Source: Candidatus Nealsonbacteria bacterium (lineage in GTDB: Bacteria; Patescibacteriota; Minisyncoccia; Minisyncoccales; UBA6532). From it: 64,000 nucleotides of DNA. This document shows positions 18,474 through 26,392 of this stretch, in pieces. The translations under genes were made by a program, and so were the position numbers. The notes below the pieces were generated by a model. That model was not told where the DNA came from. It ran no database searches and was given only the letters and a program-made list of their open reading frames with translations. The stretch covers positions 8,673 to 72,672 of the forward strand of contig JACPLN010000008.1 of NCBI GenBank assembly GCA_016186485.1, read 5' to 3'. Positions within the stretch are counted from its first letter, which is position 1. Every line of letters starts with the position of its first letter.

Positions 18474-18545
18474 GGGCACTTAGCTCAGCGGCAGAGCGAC
18501 CGCCTTACACGCGGTAGGTCGGAGGTTCAAATCCTCCAGTGCCCA
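18474..18545 (+). tRNA. tRNA-Val (anticodon UAC)
   Basis: Acceptor GGGCACT/AGTGCCC, anticodon stem ACCGC/GCGGT with loop CTTACAC, T arm GGAGG-TTCAAAT-CCTCC. Confidence 0.9.
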
Positions 18546-18651
18546 CTAAAATCTGACTTTTCATAAAGCTCTTACAGGCTTTTTTTCTTTCAATAAAACA
18601 AAACACCCCGATTTTAATCGGGGCGTCCTATGTAAACTAAGGTTAACGCGA

Positions 18652-20976
18652 TTATTTCACGATAATCTTTCCTTTCATGTTTGGATGGAAACCGCAAAAA
18701 TATTCATAGCTGCCCGTGGTTTTTGGAACAATCAATTCTGCGGTATCGTTTTCTTTGAGATCTCTCAAAGAAAGCTGTCCTCTAACGTTATGAAGGACGC
18801 TGTCATTGTTTTTAAAAATAACCTTGCCGCCCGCAGCTACCTCTACTACTGAGGGAGAAAAAGAAAAACCCTTAATTGAAACATTTACCGTAAAAGGAAT
18901 TTGCTCTATTTTAAGGCCGATGTCTTCAGAACCTTTTTCCGGAACAAACTGGCTTTTTTCAACAGCAGGCTGTTCTTTAGTTTCTGTTTCCGATCTTGGA
19001 ATTTCAATAGGTTTTGCTTCAACTGGTTTTAACTCAGCCGGTTTTACCTCTATTGATTTTTGCTCTGCTGGTTTCACGGCAGGCATGGGCACAGTTCTTA
19101 CTTCGGTTATACTAAGCGCCCGAAGAAGAATTTCCTTGGCGCCCCTTAATAGATTCAAAGCGGAAGTAGATTCTCCGAATGATTTGCCAAAATTGCCCTG
19201 CTCAAAAGCATCTTTTGCTCTTTGAATATGTTTGGCTGCTTCTTCAATCTTTTCATTGAATAACCTTTTGTATTTTAAGACCACCGCTTCGTCTGAAATC
19301 TTCTGGAATGTACCATCGGCTTCCTCTTTCAGGCTTTGAATATTTGTTTCTACGTTATCAATCCTTGCTTTTGCCTCTTCTTCTTTAATGTTCTTTTTAA
19401 GAACATTTTCGCTTCTAACCTCAACTTTTTCAATCAAATTGGGACGGAACTGTTCCACCGTAGAACGGTTACCGGGTTCCAGTCTGATTTTTTCTTCAAA
19501 AACTTTAAGCTTGCCGGGATCCTCAATGAATTCAATTTTTTGCTCAATGCGTTTTACCTGGTTAAACATCAGTTCTTGGGAAATCGGGGCTCCCAGCTTT
19601 TGCTGCATGCCTTTTATTACTCCGATATTGTCCGGGTTGTCGTCAACCAAGGCGCGAACCTTTTCTGCTCTTTCCCCCGAACTCCTGCTTCCCTGTATTT
19701 GTTCCTTAATACGATTGATTGACCCTTCTTTAAGGTCTTCTGCAATGTTTTGCTTATCTTCAGGGAGAGCTTCTTTTATATCTTCAAATACTTCCACCTG
19801 CTTCACATCTGCAAACCTTTCATTAGACTCCCTAACAAACTCTTTTACTTTATCTTGGGTATCAAGAAAGTCTATCTTGGTCCTGAACTTTCCGATTGCC
19901 TCCTGTTTTACTTCAAGAACCTTAGAAGACAAGGCGGGATCAAAATTGTCTTCAATGTCTTTTAACGCCCGCAAGCCTTCTACCGTTCCGTCGTTGATTG
20001 GGGAAAGAAACTCTTTTACAAGTTCAGGATTTTCATTTCTTGCTTCATTAAGCCTTTGCTCAAAACCATTAAGAAATTTTTCTTTGGCCTCATTAACATT
20101 TTTTTGAGCCTCTTCAGAAACAGGAACAAATTTCATGTGGTCAAATACTTTTACATACCGCACTTCGTCTCCGCCGATTCTTTGTACATAGTCGCCTAAA
20201 AGTTCTCTCTGCCCCTTTGGAAGCTGCTCAAATTTTTCTTTAAAGCGCTTTAAAGAATTTTCCTGCGCTTGGCGAATAGCATCTTTGGCTTGCTCTGGCA
20301 CCTTTTCTTCAACTGCCTTAAGCACCTCTAAATTTCTAAGGGGTTTGAAAGAGCTTCCTTCGTCGGACAATGCCGTCGCAACAACTTCTTTTATCTTTTC
20401 CTGGTCTTTAACGTTTTCTATAACGCCTCCGAGATGTTCAATGGTTTTTCCCCTTGTCTCTTTAATTCCGGCGATAACTCCCAAGGGAGCTTCTTTCTCA
20501 AAGTTTCCCAAAAGCACTTGATGCTTTAATTGGTCGCCCAAAGACTTCTCTGAAAACTTCTCAACAAATTCGGGGTTTTTATCTTTAAGGTTTTCGGCTA
20601 TTTTATTTGCTCCCTCAACGTCCTTTTCGTAATTCTTTAGGTGCTTTTCCAAGACCTTAAAATTCCCTTTCTCCGCCAGTTTTTGGGCTTCAATAATTTT
20701 TTCATTGGCAAACTGCAATTTTAACTCCGCTTTCCTTTCCTGATTAAACGTAAGGGCCGACCTCACTCCCCGAAAAGTGTTTTTAAAGAAATAAAACGGG
20801 CTATCCGGCAAAATGCCCGAATCCCCGACGCCCAAATCTCCTGCTAAAACCGCCTCGTCCTGAGCAACAAGTGCATTAACGTTTGAGGCCGGCAAAACTT
20901 CCTCTTGGGCGTTTGCAAGAAAGGCCAGGCCGGCAAATAAAAATATAATAAACGATATAGTAATTATTTTGTTCAT
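18652..20976 (-). CDS. Secreted long helical protein (DUF5667-like N-region) fused to a C-terminal type-1 copper cupredoxin domain
   Basis: Signal peptide MNKIITISFIIFLFAGLAFLANA. The LPDSPFYFFK motif is recalled as DUF5667-type (unverified). The C-terminus reads VIFKNNDSVLHNV...YEYFCGFHPNMKGKIIV (H...C..H..M ligand pattern). Start trimmed to 20976 because the upstream 24 codons read through MITE copy 3. Confidence 0.75.
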   Translation of the reverse strand: MNKIITISFIIFLFAGLAFLANAQEEVLPASNVNALVAQDEAVLAGDLGVGDSGILPDSPFYFFKNTFRGVRSALTFNQERKAELKLQFANEKIIEAQKLAEKGNFKVLEKHLKNYEKDVEGANKIAENLKDKNPEFVEKFSEKSLGDQLKHQVLLGNFEKEAPLGVIAGIKETRGKTIEHLGGVIENVKDQEKIKEVVATALSDEGSSFKPLRNLEVLKAVEEKVPEQAKDAIRQAQENSLKRFKEKFEQLPKGQRELLGDYVQRIGGDEVRYVKVFDHMKFVPVSEEAQKNVNEAKEKFLNGFEQRLNEARNENPELVKEFLSPINDGTVEGLRALKDIEDNFDPALSSKVLEVKQEAIGKFRTKIDFLDTQDKVKEFVRESNERFADVKQVEVFEDIKEALPEDKQNIAEDLKEGSINRIKEQIQGSRSSGERAEKVRALVDDNPDNIGVIKGMQQKLGAPISQELMFNQVKRIEQKIEFIEDPGKLKVFEEKIRLEPGNRSTVEQFRPNLIEKVEVRSENVLKKNIKEEEAKARIDNVETNIQSLKEEADGTFQKISDEAVVLKYKRLFNEKIEEAAKHIQRAKDAFEQGNFGKSFGESTSALNLLRGAKEILLRALSITEVRTVPMPAVKPAEQKSIEVKPAELKPVEAKPIEIPRSETETKEQPAVEKSQFVPEKGSEDIGLKIEQIPFTVNVSIKGFSFSPSVVEVAAGGKVIFKNNDSVLHNVRGQLSLRDLKENDTAELIVPKTTGSYEYFCGFHPNMKGKIIVK

Positions 20977-21026
20977 ATAGCATATTATAAAGTATTTAAA
21001 AATTGTTGCCAGATTTGTTTTCCACA

Positions 21027-21086
21027 CCCCGTAGTAGAAATTAGACAATCTGCGATTATGAAATAAGTCTAATTTCTACTACGGGG
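21027..21086. mobile_element. Hairpin MITE-like element, copy 3 (60 bp)
   Basis: CCCCGTAGTAGAAATTAGAC...GTCTAATTTCTACTACGGGG. Flanked by the direct repeat CACA (21023-21026 and 21087-21090). Confidence 0.6.
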
Positions 21087-21138
21087 CACAGCTTCTTGAA
21101 TAACGAAAATTAAGATGCTAATATCAAAAGTAGATTTA

Positions 21139-21210
21139 GCCGAGGTAGCTCATTGGTAGAGCTCTTGTCTGAAGAACAAGGAGTAGGGAGTTCGATTCTC
21201 CCCCTCGGCA
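21139..21210 (+). tRNA. tRNA-Phe (anticodon GAA)
   Basis: Acceptor GCCGAGG/CCTCGGC, anticodon stem CTTGT/ACAAG with loop CTGAAGA, T arm GGGAG-TTCGATT-CTCCC. Confidence 0.9.
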
Positions 21211-21255
21211 CCGTGGGCCTTCGCCTCGCCGAAGCGGGGCTACGGCTACGCGAAA

Positions 21256-21329
21256 GCGGGTGTAGCACAATGGTAGTGCATCTGGTTGCCAATCAGAGTA
21301 CGTGGGTTCGATTCCCATCACCCGCTCCA
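21256..21329 (+). tRNA. tRNA-Gly (anticodon GCC), CCA encoded
   Basis: Acceptor GCGGGTG/CACCCGC, anticodon stem TCTGG/TCAGA with loop TTGCCAA, T loop TTCGATT, then TCCA. Confidence 0.9.
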
Positions 21330-21389
21330 TAATCAAAAAAGAGGAGTCCGTTTCCTATGACACCTCTTTATCTTTATAAATTGTATTTA

Positions 21390-21824
21390 TTATAGCCTAT
21401 TAAGAGCTTTCTGGTGTAAGCTTATCAAGGCTTTTCCTAAATAGACAAGACTTACGACAAGACTTACGACAAGACCTACGACAAGACCTGAGACAAGACC
21501 TGAGCCAAGACCTACGACAAGACCTACGACAAGACCTGAGACAAGAACTACGCCAATATCATATCTATTGTATCCCAGATTTTCTATAGCAGGGGACAAC
21601 CAAAGAAAGACAGCCAATATCAAATTAAGATAAAGTGGAAAAAGAAAGACATCAAACCAACGGTTAATAGTCAGGGAAAACGAACCGATAACAAACTTAT
21701 AAGTTGGTGGCGCGTTAGTCAACCAGCTAATCAATCCCCAAGCAACAGCATAGGTTATGGCACCCCAGAAAGCAGCGATAGCCATTAAAGCCAATTTTCT
21801 CTTTTGGGACATTTGCTTATTCAA
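21390..21824 (-). CDS. Polytopic membrane protein with a C-terminal (G/S)LVV tandem-repeat tract
   Basis: Hydrophobic 144-aa ORF ending in GLVVGLVVGLGSGLVSGLVVGLVVSLVVSL, which is encoded by the 12-bp repeat. Confidence 0.6.
   Translation of the reverse strand: MNKQMSQKRKLALMAIAAFWGAITYAVAWGLISWLTNAPPTYKFVIGSFSLTINRWFDVFLFPLYLNLILAVFLWLSPAIENLGYNRYDIGVVLVSGLVVGLVVGLGSGLVSGLVVGLVVSLVVSLVYLGKALISLHQKALNRL
21444..21551. repeat. Nine tandem 12-bp units (GACAAGACYTAC/GA)
   Basis: Counted directly: GACAAGACTTAC x2, GACAAGACCTAC, GACAAGACCTGA x2, GCCAAGACCTAC, GACAAGACCTAC, GACAAGACCTGA, GACAAGAACTAC. In frame within the 21390-21824 CDS. Confidence 0.85.
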
Positions 21825-21904
21825 TTTTCAACCCTAACATTACTAGTAAAGAGTATATCATATCCCTTTTATGATGTCAAGAAGAATCTCTCTTGGCTAA
21901 AACA

Positions 21905-21935
21905 AAAAGCCCGTAACCGCTGGACAATTTCCATT
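21905..21935. repeat. Copy of the CGCTGGAC intergenic motif (family shared with 48.3-51.1 kb)
   Basis: AAAGCCCGTAACCGCTGGACAATTTCC. Compare GCCCGTAAGG...CGCTGGACGG at 48343-48378. Confidence 0.4.
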
Positions 21936-22153
21936 TAAGAAATAGTGAGTGGTGGGGTAAATCTATTTATTTGATTTTCGTCACCTCCGATGTTAAATCG
22001 GGAATAAAGGACAATTCAGTCGTATCTCTCCAATAGGTTCTAACGTCCTCCACTATCCCGCTCCACAATTTGACTTTCCTAACCCACTCATAAAACCTGT
22101 GGCCTCTTGACAAAATGAAAGAACTTTAATAGGATAGTGAATAGTGATATGTA

Positions 22154-22528
22154 ATGGGTGAAATAGTGTACGTCTTTACTCTGCACGACGATGAACATGA
22201 TTTCCGTATTAGAGGTGCGGTTTTAGCCCGTTCGCCTAGAGAAGCAGTATCTTTTTTGGGTGGCGAATTCATCGAAGTTGAAGGATGGCCCATGGGTAGC
22301 TCAACAAACGTAGACGAATTGAGTCTTTTCGGCAAAGTTAGATTTGCCCCAGAGCTTTTCCGCGAGTACAGCGACAAAGAGCTTGCCCAGATGCCGCTAG
22401 ATTACAATCCAGGACGATATTACAAAAGGGGCCTTGGGCTCCTCCTTTGGGAGAAACGTGGAGAAAAAGGAAAAGAATTAGTATTGCGTAGAAATTTTGT
22501 ATCTCTTCCAGAGTACTTAGTTCATTAA
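22154..22528 (+). CDS. Hypothetical protein, 124 aa, GC-richer than its surroundings
   Basis: ORF preceded by TTGACA (22107-22112)-17-TAGGAT and followed by the hairpin AGTGGCACTGTTGCCACT plus a T run. No recognisable domain. Confidence 0.5.
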   Translation: MGEIVYVFTLHDDEHDFRIRGAVLARSPREAVSFLGGEFIEVEGWPMGSSTNVDELSLFGKVRFAPELFREYSDKELAQMPLDYNPGRYYKRGLGLLLWEKRGEKGKELVLRRNFVSLPEYLVH

Positions 22529-22710
22529 GCGTTTTGAGTGGCACTGTTGCCACTTTTTATTTCCCCCAATCTTGACTTAAAGATAAGTAGCGGGATAGAT
22601 AACCCTTGCTTTTCCTTTTGAGTTCATTTGATTTTCAGCCCCCTCCTTCCTCCGGCGATAAACTAAGAATGAAAAAGCGTTCGGAAGCCAGACTTCCTTC
22701 GGTTATGGAC

Positions 22711-22738
22711 TTGACTTTTTCCTCTGGACGAGTATAAT
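22711..22738 (+). promoter_or_regulatory. Putative promoter TTGACT-16-TATAAT
   Basis: TTGACT at 22711-22716 and TATAAT at 22733-22738. Confidence 0.55.
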
Positions 22739-22768
22739 AGAGGATATCCCCTTAAGGGGATTTTTATT

Positions 22769-23242
22769 ATGAAAAACCAAAACAAAATAAAAAACGTGGT
22801 TTTTGCTGCCCTATTTTTGGCTGGTTTTTTGGCGTTTGACGCCAATCCCGCCCCCAGTTCAGCCCTGGAAGCGCCAGAAGAAAATTCTCTGCTGATCGCT
22901 CAAAACAACTCTATTTTGCCGGTTTCAAATCCCCCGTTGGCAAGGGTAGTAAAAAGAGTGCCGGTTGTTATTACGGCCTATTCTTCTTCCCCCATGGAAA
23001 CAGACGAAGACCCTTTTACTACGGCCGCTGGAACAAGAGTAAGAGACGGTGTAGTGGCCAACAATCTCCTTTACTTTGGAACTAGAATCAGGTTTCCCGA
23101 GCTTTACGGAGATAAAATATTTGTTGTAGAAGACAGAATGGCGAGCTATAAAGGCTACTACCATTTTGACATCTGGTTTGAAAACAGGCAGGAAGCCCTG
23201 AACTTCGGAACAAAAAACACCTACATTGAAATCCTCAACTAA
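22769..23242 (+). CDS. Secreted 3D (MltA/RlpA-like) domain protein
   Basis: Signal peptide, then VVITAYSSSPMETDEDPFTTAAGTRVRDGVVA...IFVVEDRMASYKGYYHFDIWF, a 3D-domain pattern. Confidence 0.7.
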   Translation: MKNQNKIKNVVFAALFLAGFLAFDANPAPSSALEAPEENSLLIAQNNSILPVSNPPLARVVKRVPVVITAYSSSPMETDEDPFTTAAGTRVRDGVVANNLLYFGTRIRFPELYGDKIFVVEDRMASYKGYYHFDIWFENRQEALNFGTKNTYIEILN

Positions 23243-23337
23243 CACGCTGACTAAGTTTGGCTTGGTTGACTAAATCCTATCGGCTGTTAAGATTAAATCG
23301 GACTTAATAAATCCGATTTTTTCTTAGTGCGGCTACA

Positions 23338-23763
23338 ATGAAAATATCTGCCCAATCTTACTACGGTTTAAAAGCAGTAACTTTTCTTGCTAAAGAAAGC
23401 AGGGTTTTCTCGGTAAAAGAAATTGCGGACGGGGAGCGTATTCCTTACGATTACTTGGAAAAGATAATGCAAAAATTAACTAGAGCGGGACTGGTAACTT
23501 CAAAAAGGGGAAGCGCGGGAGGTTATTCCTTAAAGCGTCCAAGCAGCAAAATTACTGCCAAAGATATTTTAACGGCCCTAGACGAAGCAATTCTTCCGAT
23601 TCTTTGCGTCATGTCAAATAAAAGCCGGAGCTACTGCATTATGGAAAAAACCTGCCTTAGCAAAAACGTCTGGCAGAGAATGCAGAAAGCCATAAATTAC
23701 AGTTTAAATTCTATAACCCTGGCTGATTTAGTTTATGTTAATCCTAAAAAATCTAAGCGCTAA
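23338..23763 (+). CDS. Rrf2-family transcriptional regulator (IscR/SufR-like)
   Basis: MKISAQSYYGLKAVTFLA...IPYDYLEKIMQKLTRAGLVTSKRGSAGGYSL. A three-Cys region follows (PILCVMSNKSRSYCIMEKTC). Confidence 0.85.
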   Translation: MKISAQSYYGLKAVTFLAKESRVFSVKEIADGERIPYDYLEKIMQKLTRAGLVTSKRGSAGGYSLKRPSSKITAKDILTALDEAILPILCVMSNKSRSYCIMEKTCLSKNVWQRMQKAINYSLNSITLADLVYVNPKKSKR

Positions 23764-24448
23764 AATTAATAACAAGGATATTTTAAGAGATATAAGTTTT
23801 ACTTTTGAGGAAGGAAAGGTCTATGCCCTAATGGGCCCTAACGGATCGGGCAAATCAACTTTAGCCTTCAGCGTCATGGGGCACCCCAGCTATTCTTTTC
23901 CTGAAAAATCCAAAATAATCTTTGACGGGAAAAACATTACCCGCCTGAAACCAGAAAGAAGAGCCAAACTTGGCATATTTTTGTCTTTCCAGTCTCCCCT
24001 AGCCCTTTCTGGCGTTAACGTCTTCCAACTCTTAAGATACGCCTCGCAAAAGAAAATTGATCCTTTGTCTTTAAAAGAAAAATTGGAAGATTATTCAAGG
24101 AAACTAAAAGTTGCAAAAGAGCTTTTAGAAAGGCCCCTTAACGAAGGTTTTTCGGGCGGAGAAAGAAAAAAGATGGAAATCTTACAGGCCGCCATTTTAA
24201 ATCCAAGGCTTGCCTTTTTTGATGAAATTGACACCGGCGTGGACGTTGACGCCTTAAAAACAATAGCCCTCTTCCTAAATGACCTAAAAAAAGGAGGGAA
24301 AACATTTGTTTTGATAACCCACTACAACAGAATTTTAAAGCACATAAAACCGGATGCCGTATTGGTAATGAAAGAGGGCCGATTAGTAAGGGTCGGGGAC
24401 GGAAAACTAGTGGATAAGATTGAAAAAGAAGGCTATGAAAAAATTTGA
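23735..24448 (+). CDS. sufC: Fe-S cluster assembly ATPase SufC
   Basis: GPNGSGKST Walker A, the FSGGERKK signature, and FFDEIDTGVD. Confidence 0.9.
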   Translation: MLILKNLSAKINNKDILRDISFTFEEGKVYALMGPNGSGKSTLAFSVMGHPSYSFPEKSKIIFDGKNITRLKPERRAKLGIFLSFQSPLALSGVNVFQLLRYASQKKIDPLSLKEKLEDYSRKLKVAKELLERPLNEGFSGGERKKMEILQAAILNPRLAFFDEIDTGVDVDALKTIALFLNDLKKGGKTFVLITHYNRILKHIKPDAVLVMKEGRLVRVGDGKLVDKIEKEGYEKI

Positions 24449-25823
24449 TTTCAAATATAAATACGGATTCTCAATGCCGGAAAGGGCGGTTTTTAAGACG
24501 AAACCCGGGCTTTCGGCAAAAACCGTTGAGGAAATATCAAATATAAAAGAGGAGCCCGCCTGGATGCGCGACTTCAGGCTAAAATCCTACCAAACATTTG
24601 TCCAAAAGCAGCTTCCAAGCTGGGGAGGCGACCTGTCCAAGATTAATTTTGACAATATCGTGTATTTTATTAGAGCGATAAAAGACAGGGCAAAATCTTG
24701 GGAAAATCTGCCTAAAGAAATAAGAGAAACATATGAAAAAATAGGGATTCCGGAAGCTGAAAAGAAGTTTTTAGCCGGAGTAAGCTCGCAATACGACTCT
24801 GAAGTTGTCTATGAAAGCGTCCGCCAAGAACTCCAAAAGCAAGGGGTAATATTCTGCGATACAGACAGCGCGGTTAAAAAGTACCCCGCTATTGTCAAAA
24901 AGTATTTTGGAAAGCTGATTCCTCCCAACGACAACAAATTCGCTGCCTTAAACTCGGCTGTTTGGTCTGGCGGAAGTTTCGTTTATGTGCCAAAAGGAGT
25001 GAAAGTTTCCTTGCCTTTGCAAGCCTATTTCAGAATTAACGCCAAAAATTTCGGCCAGTTCGAAAGAACTCTAATAATCGCCGAGGAAGGAAGTTCTGTT
25101 CACTATGTAGAAGGTTGTACGGCGCCAATTTACTCTACCGATTCCCTTCATGCTGCAGTTGTAGAAATATTTGTCAAAAAAGGAGCCAGGGTTAGATACA
25201 CCACGGTTCAAAACTGGAGCAAAAATGTCTATAATTTAGTTACCAAAAGAGCGAAAGCGGAAGAAAATGCAATTATGGAATGGATAGATTGTAATTTGGG
25301 AAGCCAACTTACAATGAAATATCCGTCGGTATATCTTTCTGGCAAAGGGGCAAGAGGCGAGGTTTTGTCTATTGCTTTGGCCGGCAAAGAGCAGCATCAG
25401 GATGCCGGAGCAAAAATGATTCATCTGGCTCCCGATACTTCTTCAAGAATTATTTCAAAATCAATTTCCAAAGACGGAGGAAGAACTTCTTATAGGGGCC
25501 TGGTTTACGTTGCGCCCGGCGCCAAAAACTCTTCTGTCTATGTTTCCTGCGACGCCCTGATAATGGATGAAAAATCAAGGTCCGACACTTATCCATATAT
25601 GAAAGTGATCCAAAAAGATACCCGGGTTCAGCACGAAGCAACGGTTGAAAAATTAGGCGAAGAGAAGCTTTTCTATTTAACCTCAAGGGGCATTAAAAAA
25701 GAGGAGGCGGAAGGCATTTTAGTAAACGGCTTTATTGAACCTGTAGCAAAAGAAATTCCCTTTGAATATTCAATAGAGCTCAACAGGTTAATTAATTTAG
25801 AAATGTCGGGATCGGTCGGATAA
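24420..25823 (+). CDS. sufB: Fe-S cluster assembly scaffold SufB
   Basis: 467 aa with a typical SufB C-terminal half (VHYVEGCTAP...HLAPDTSSRIISKSISKDGGRTSYRG...EATVEKLGEEKLFYLTSRGI). An alternative start lies at 24435. Confidence 0.9.
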   Translation: MKKKAMKKFDFKYKYGFSMPERAVFKTKPGLSAKTVEEISNIKEEPAWMRDFRLKSYQTFVQKQLPSWGGDLSKINFDNIVYFIRAIKDRAKSWENLPKEIRETYEKIGIPEAEKKFLAGVSSQYDSEVVYESVRQELQKQGVIFCDTDSAVKKYPAIVKKYFGKLIPPNDNKFAALNSAVWSGGSFVYVPKGVKVSLPLQAYFRINAKNFGQFERTLIIAEEGSSVHYVEGCTAPIYSTDSLHAAVVEIFVKKGARVRYTTVQNWSKNVYNLVTKRAKAEENAIMEWIDCNLGSQLTMKYPSVYLSGKGARGEVLSIALAGKEQHQDAGAKMIHLAPDTSSRIISKSISKDGGRTSYRGLVYVAPGAKNSSVYVSCDALIMDEKSRSDTYPYMKVIQKDTRVQHEATVEKLGEEKLFYLTSRGIKKEEAEGILVNGFIEPVAKEIPFEYSIELNRLINLEMSGSVG

Positions 25824-25825
25824 AT

Positions 25826-26392
25826 ATGGCTATTCTTAACTTCACAAAAGATAAAAAGCGCCTTGTTTTCCTTTTCAATCATTCGGGAAAAATAGACATA
25901 AAAGCGGCAAAACCCGGTCATAGCGTTTATATCTGCGGTCTGTTTTTGGGCAAAAACAAAGATGTTTTTGAGATTAAAACACTTCAGCACCATAAAGCTC
26001 CCGACACATTCTCCAATCTATTGATAAAAGGGGTATTCTTTGATAAATCAAGGTTTCATCATCAAGGTTTAATAAGGATTGAAAAAAGCGCCCAACGGTC
26101 TCATGCCTACCAAAAAAGCCAAAGCTTGGTGATGTCGGGGGAAACCTTTGTTGAATCTGAACCGTTTCTTGAGATATTGGCTGACGACGTTATGTGCAAG
26201 CACGGCTCAACAACGGGAAAATTGGAAGACGACCAAATTTATTATCTTAAAACAAGGGGGCTTAGCGAAAAGAAGGCGAAACATGCTCTTATAGATGGCT
26301 TTATTAACGACTTATTCTTAGAAATTGAAAAACTGGGATTTAAAAACGAGGTTAAAAACTATAAAAAACAATGTTCAGCGTTAATAAAATAA
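25826..26392 (+). CDS. sufD: Short SufD-like (SufBD family) protein
   Basis: 188 aa. LADDVMCKHGSTTGKLEDDQIYYLKTRGLSEKKAKHALIDGF matches the SufBD C-terminal core. Truncated relative to the canonical ~430 aa. Confidence 0.7.
   Translation: MAILNFTKDKKRLVFLFNHSGKIDIKAAKPGHSVYICGLFLGKNKDVFEIKTLQHHKAPDTFSNLLIKGVFFDKSRFHHQGLIRIEKSAQRSHAYQKSQSLVMSGETFVESEPFLEILADDVMCKHGSTTGKLEDDQIYYLKTRGLSEKKAKHALIDGFINDLFLEIEKLGFKNEVKNYKKQCSALIK

Noticed and set aside
18606-18623. CCCCGATTTTAATCGGGG as a fifth, collapsed MITE copy
   Set aside because: It shares only the CCCCG/CGGGG ends, lacks the TAGTAG..GAC arm and flanking direct repeats, and sits where a bidirectional terminator is expected, between tRNA-Val and the convergent gene.
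20977-21048. N-terminal 24 codons (MSNFYYGVWKTNLATIFKYFIICY) of track ORF 18652-21048
   Set aside because: They are the translated arm of MITE copy 3 plus the promoter region. A signal peptide begins at the internal ATG 20976, directly after a TATAAT box.
21110-21336. Track ORFs 21110-21292 and 21136-21336 (minus strand)
   Set aside because: They lie antisense over tRNA-Phe, the GC-rich spacer and tRNA-Gly. These are open frames caused by GC-rich RNA genes.
21444-21551. Possible CRISPR-like or other non-coding array
   Set aside because: The 12-bp units are contiguous with no spacers, lie in frame inside a membrane-protein CDS, and no cas genes are present. No CRISPR array was seen anywhere in the window.
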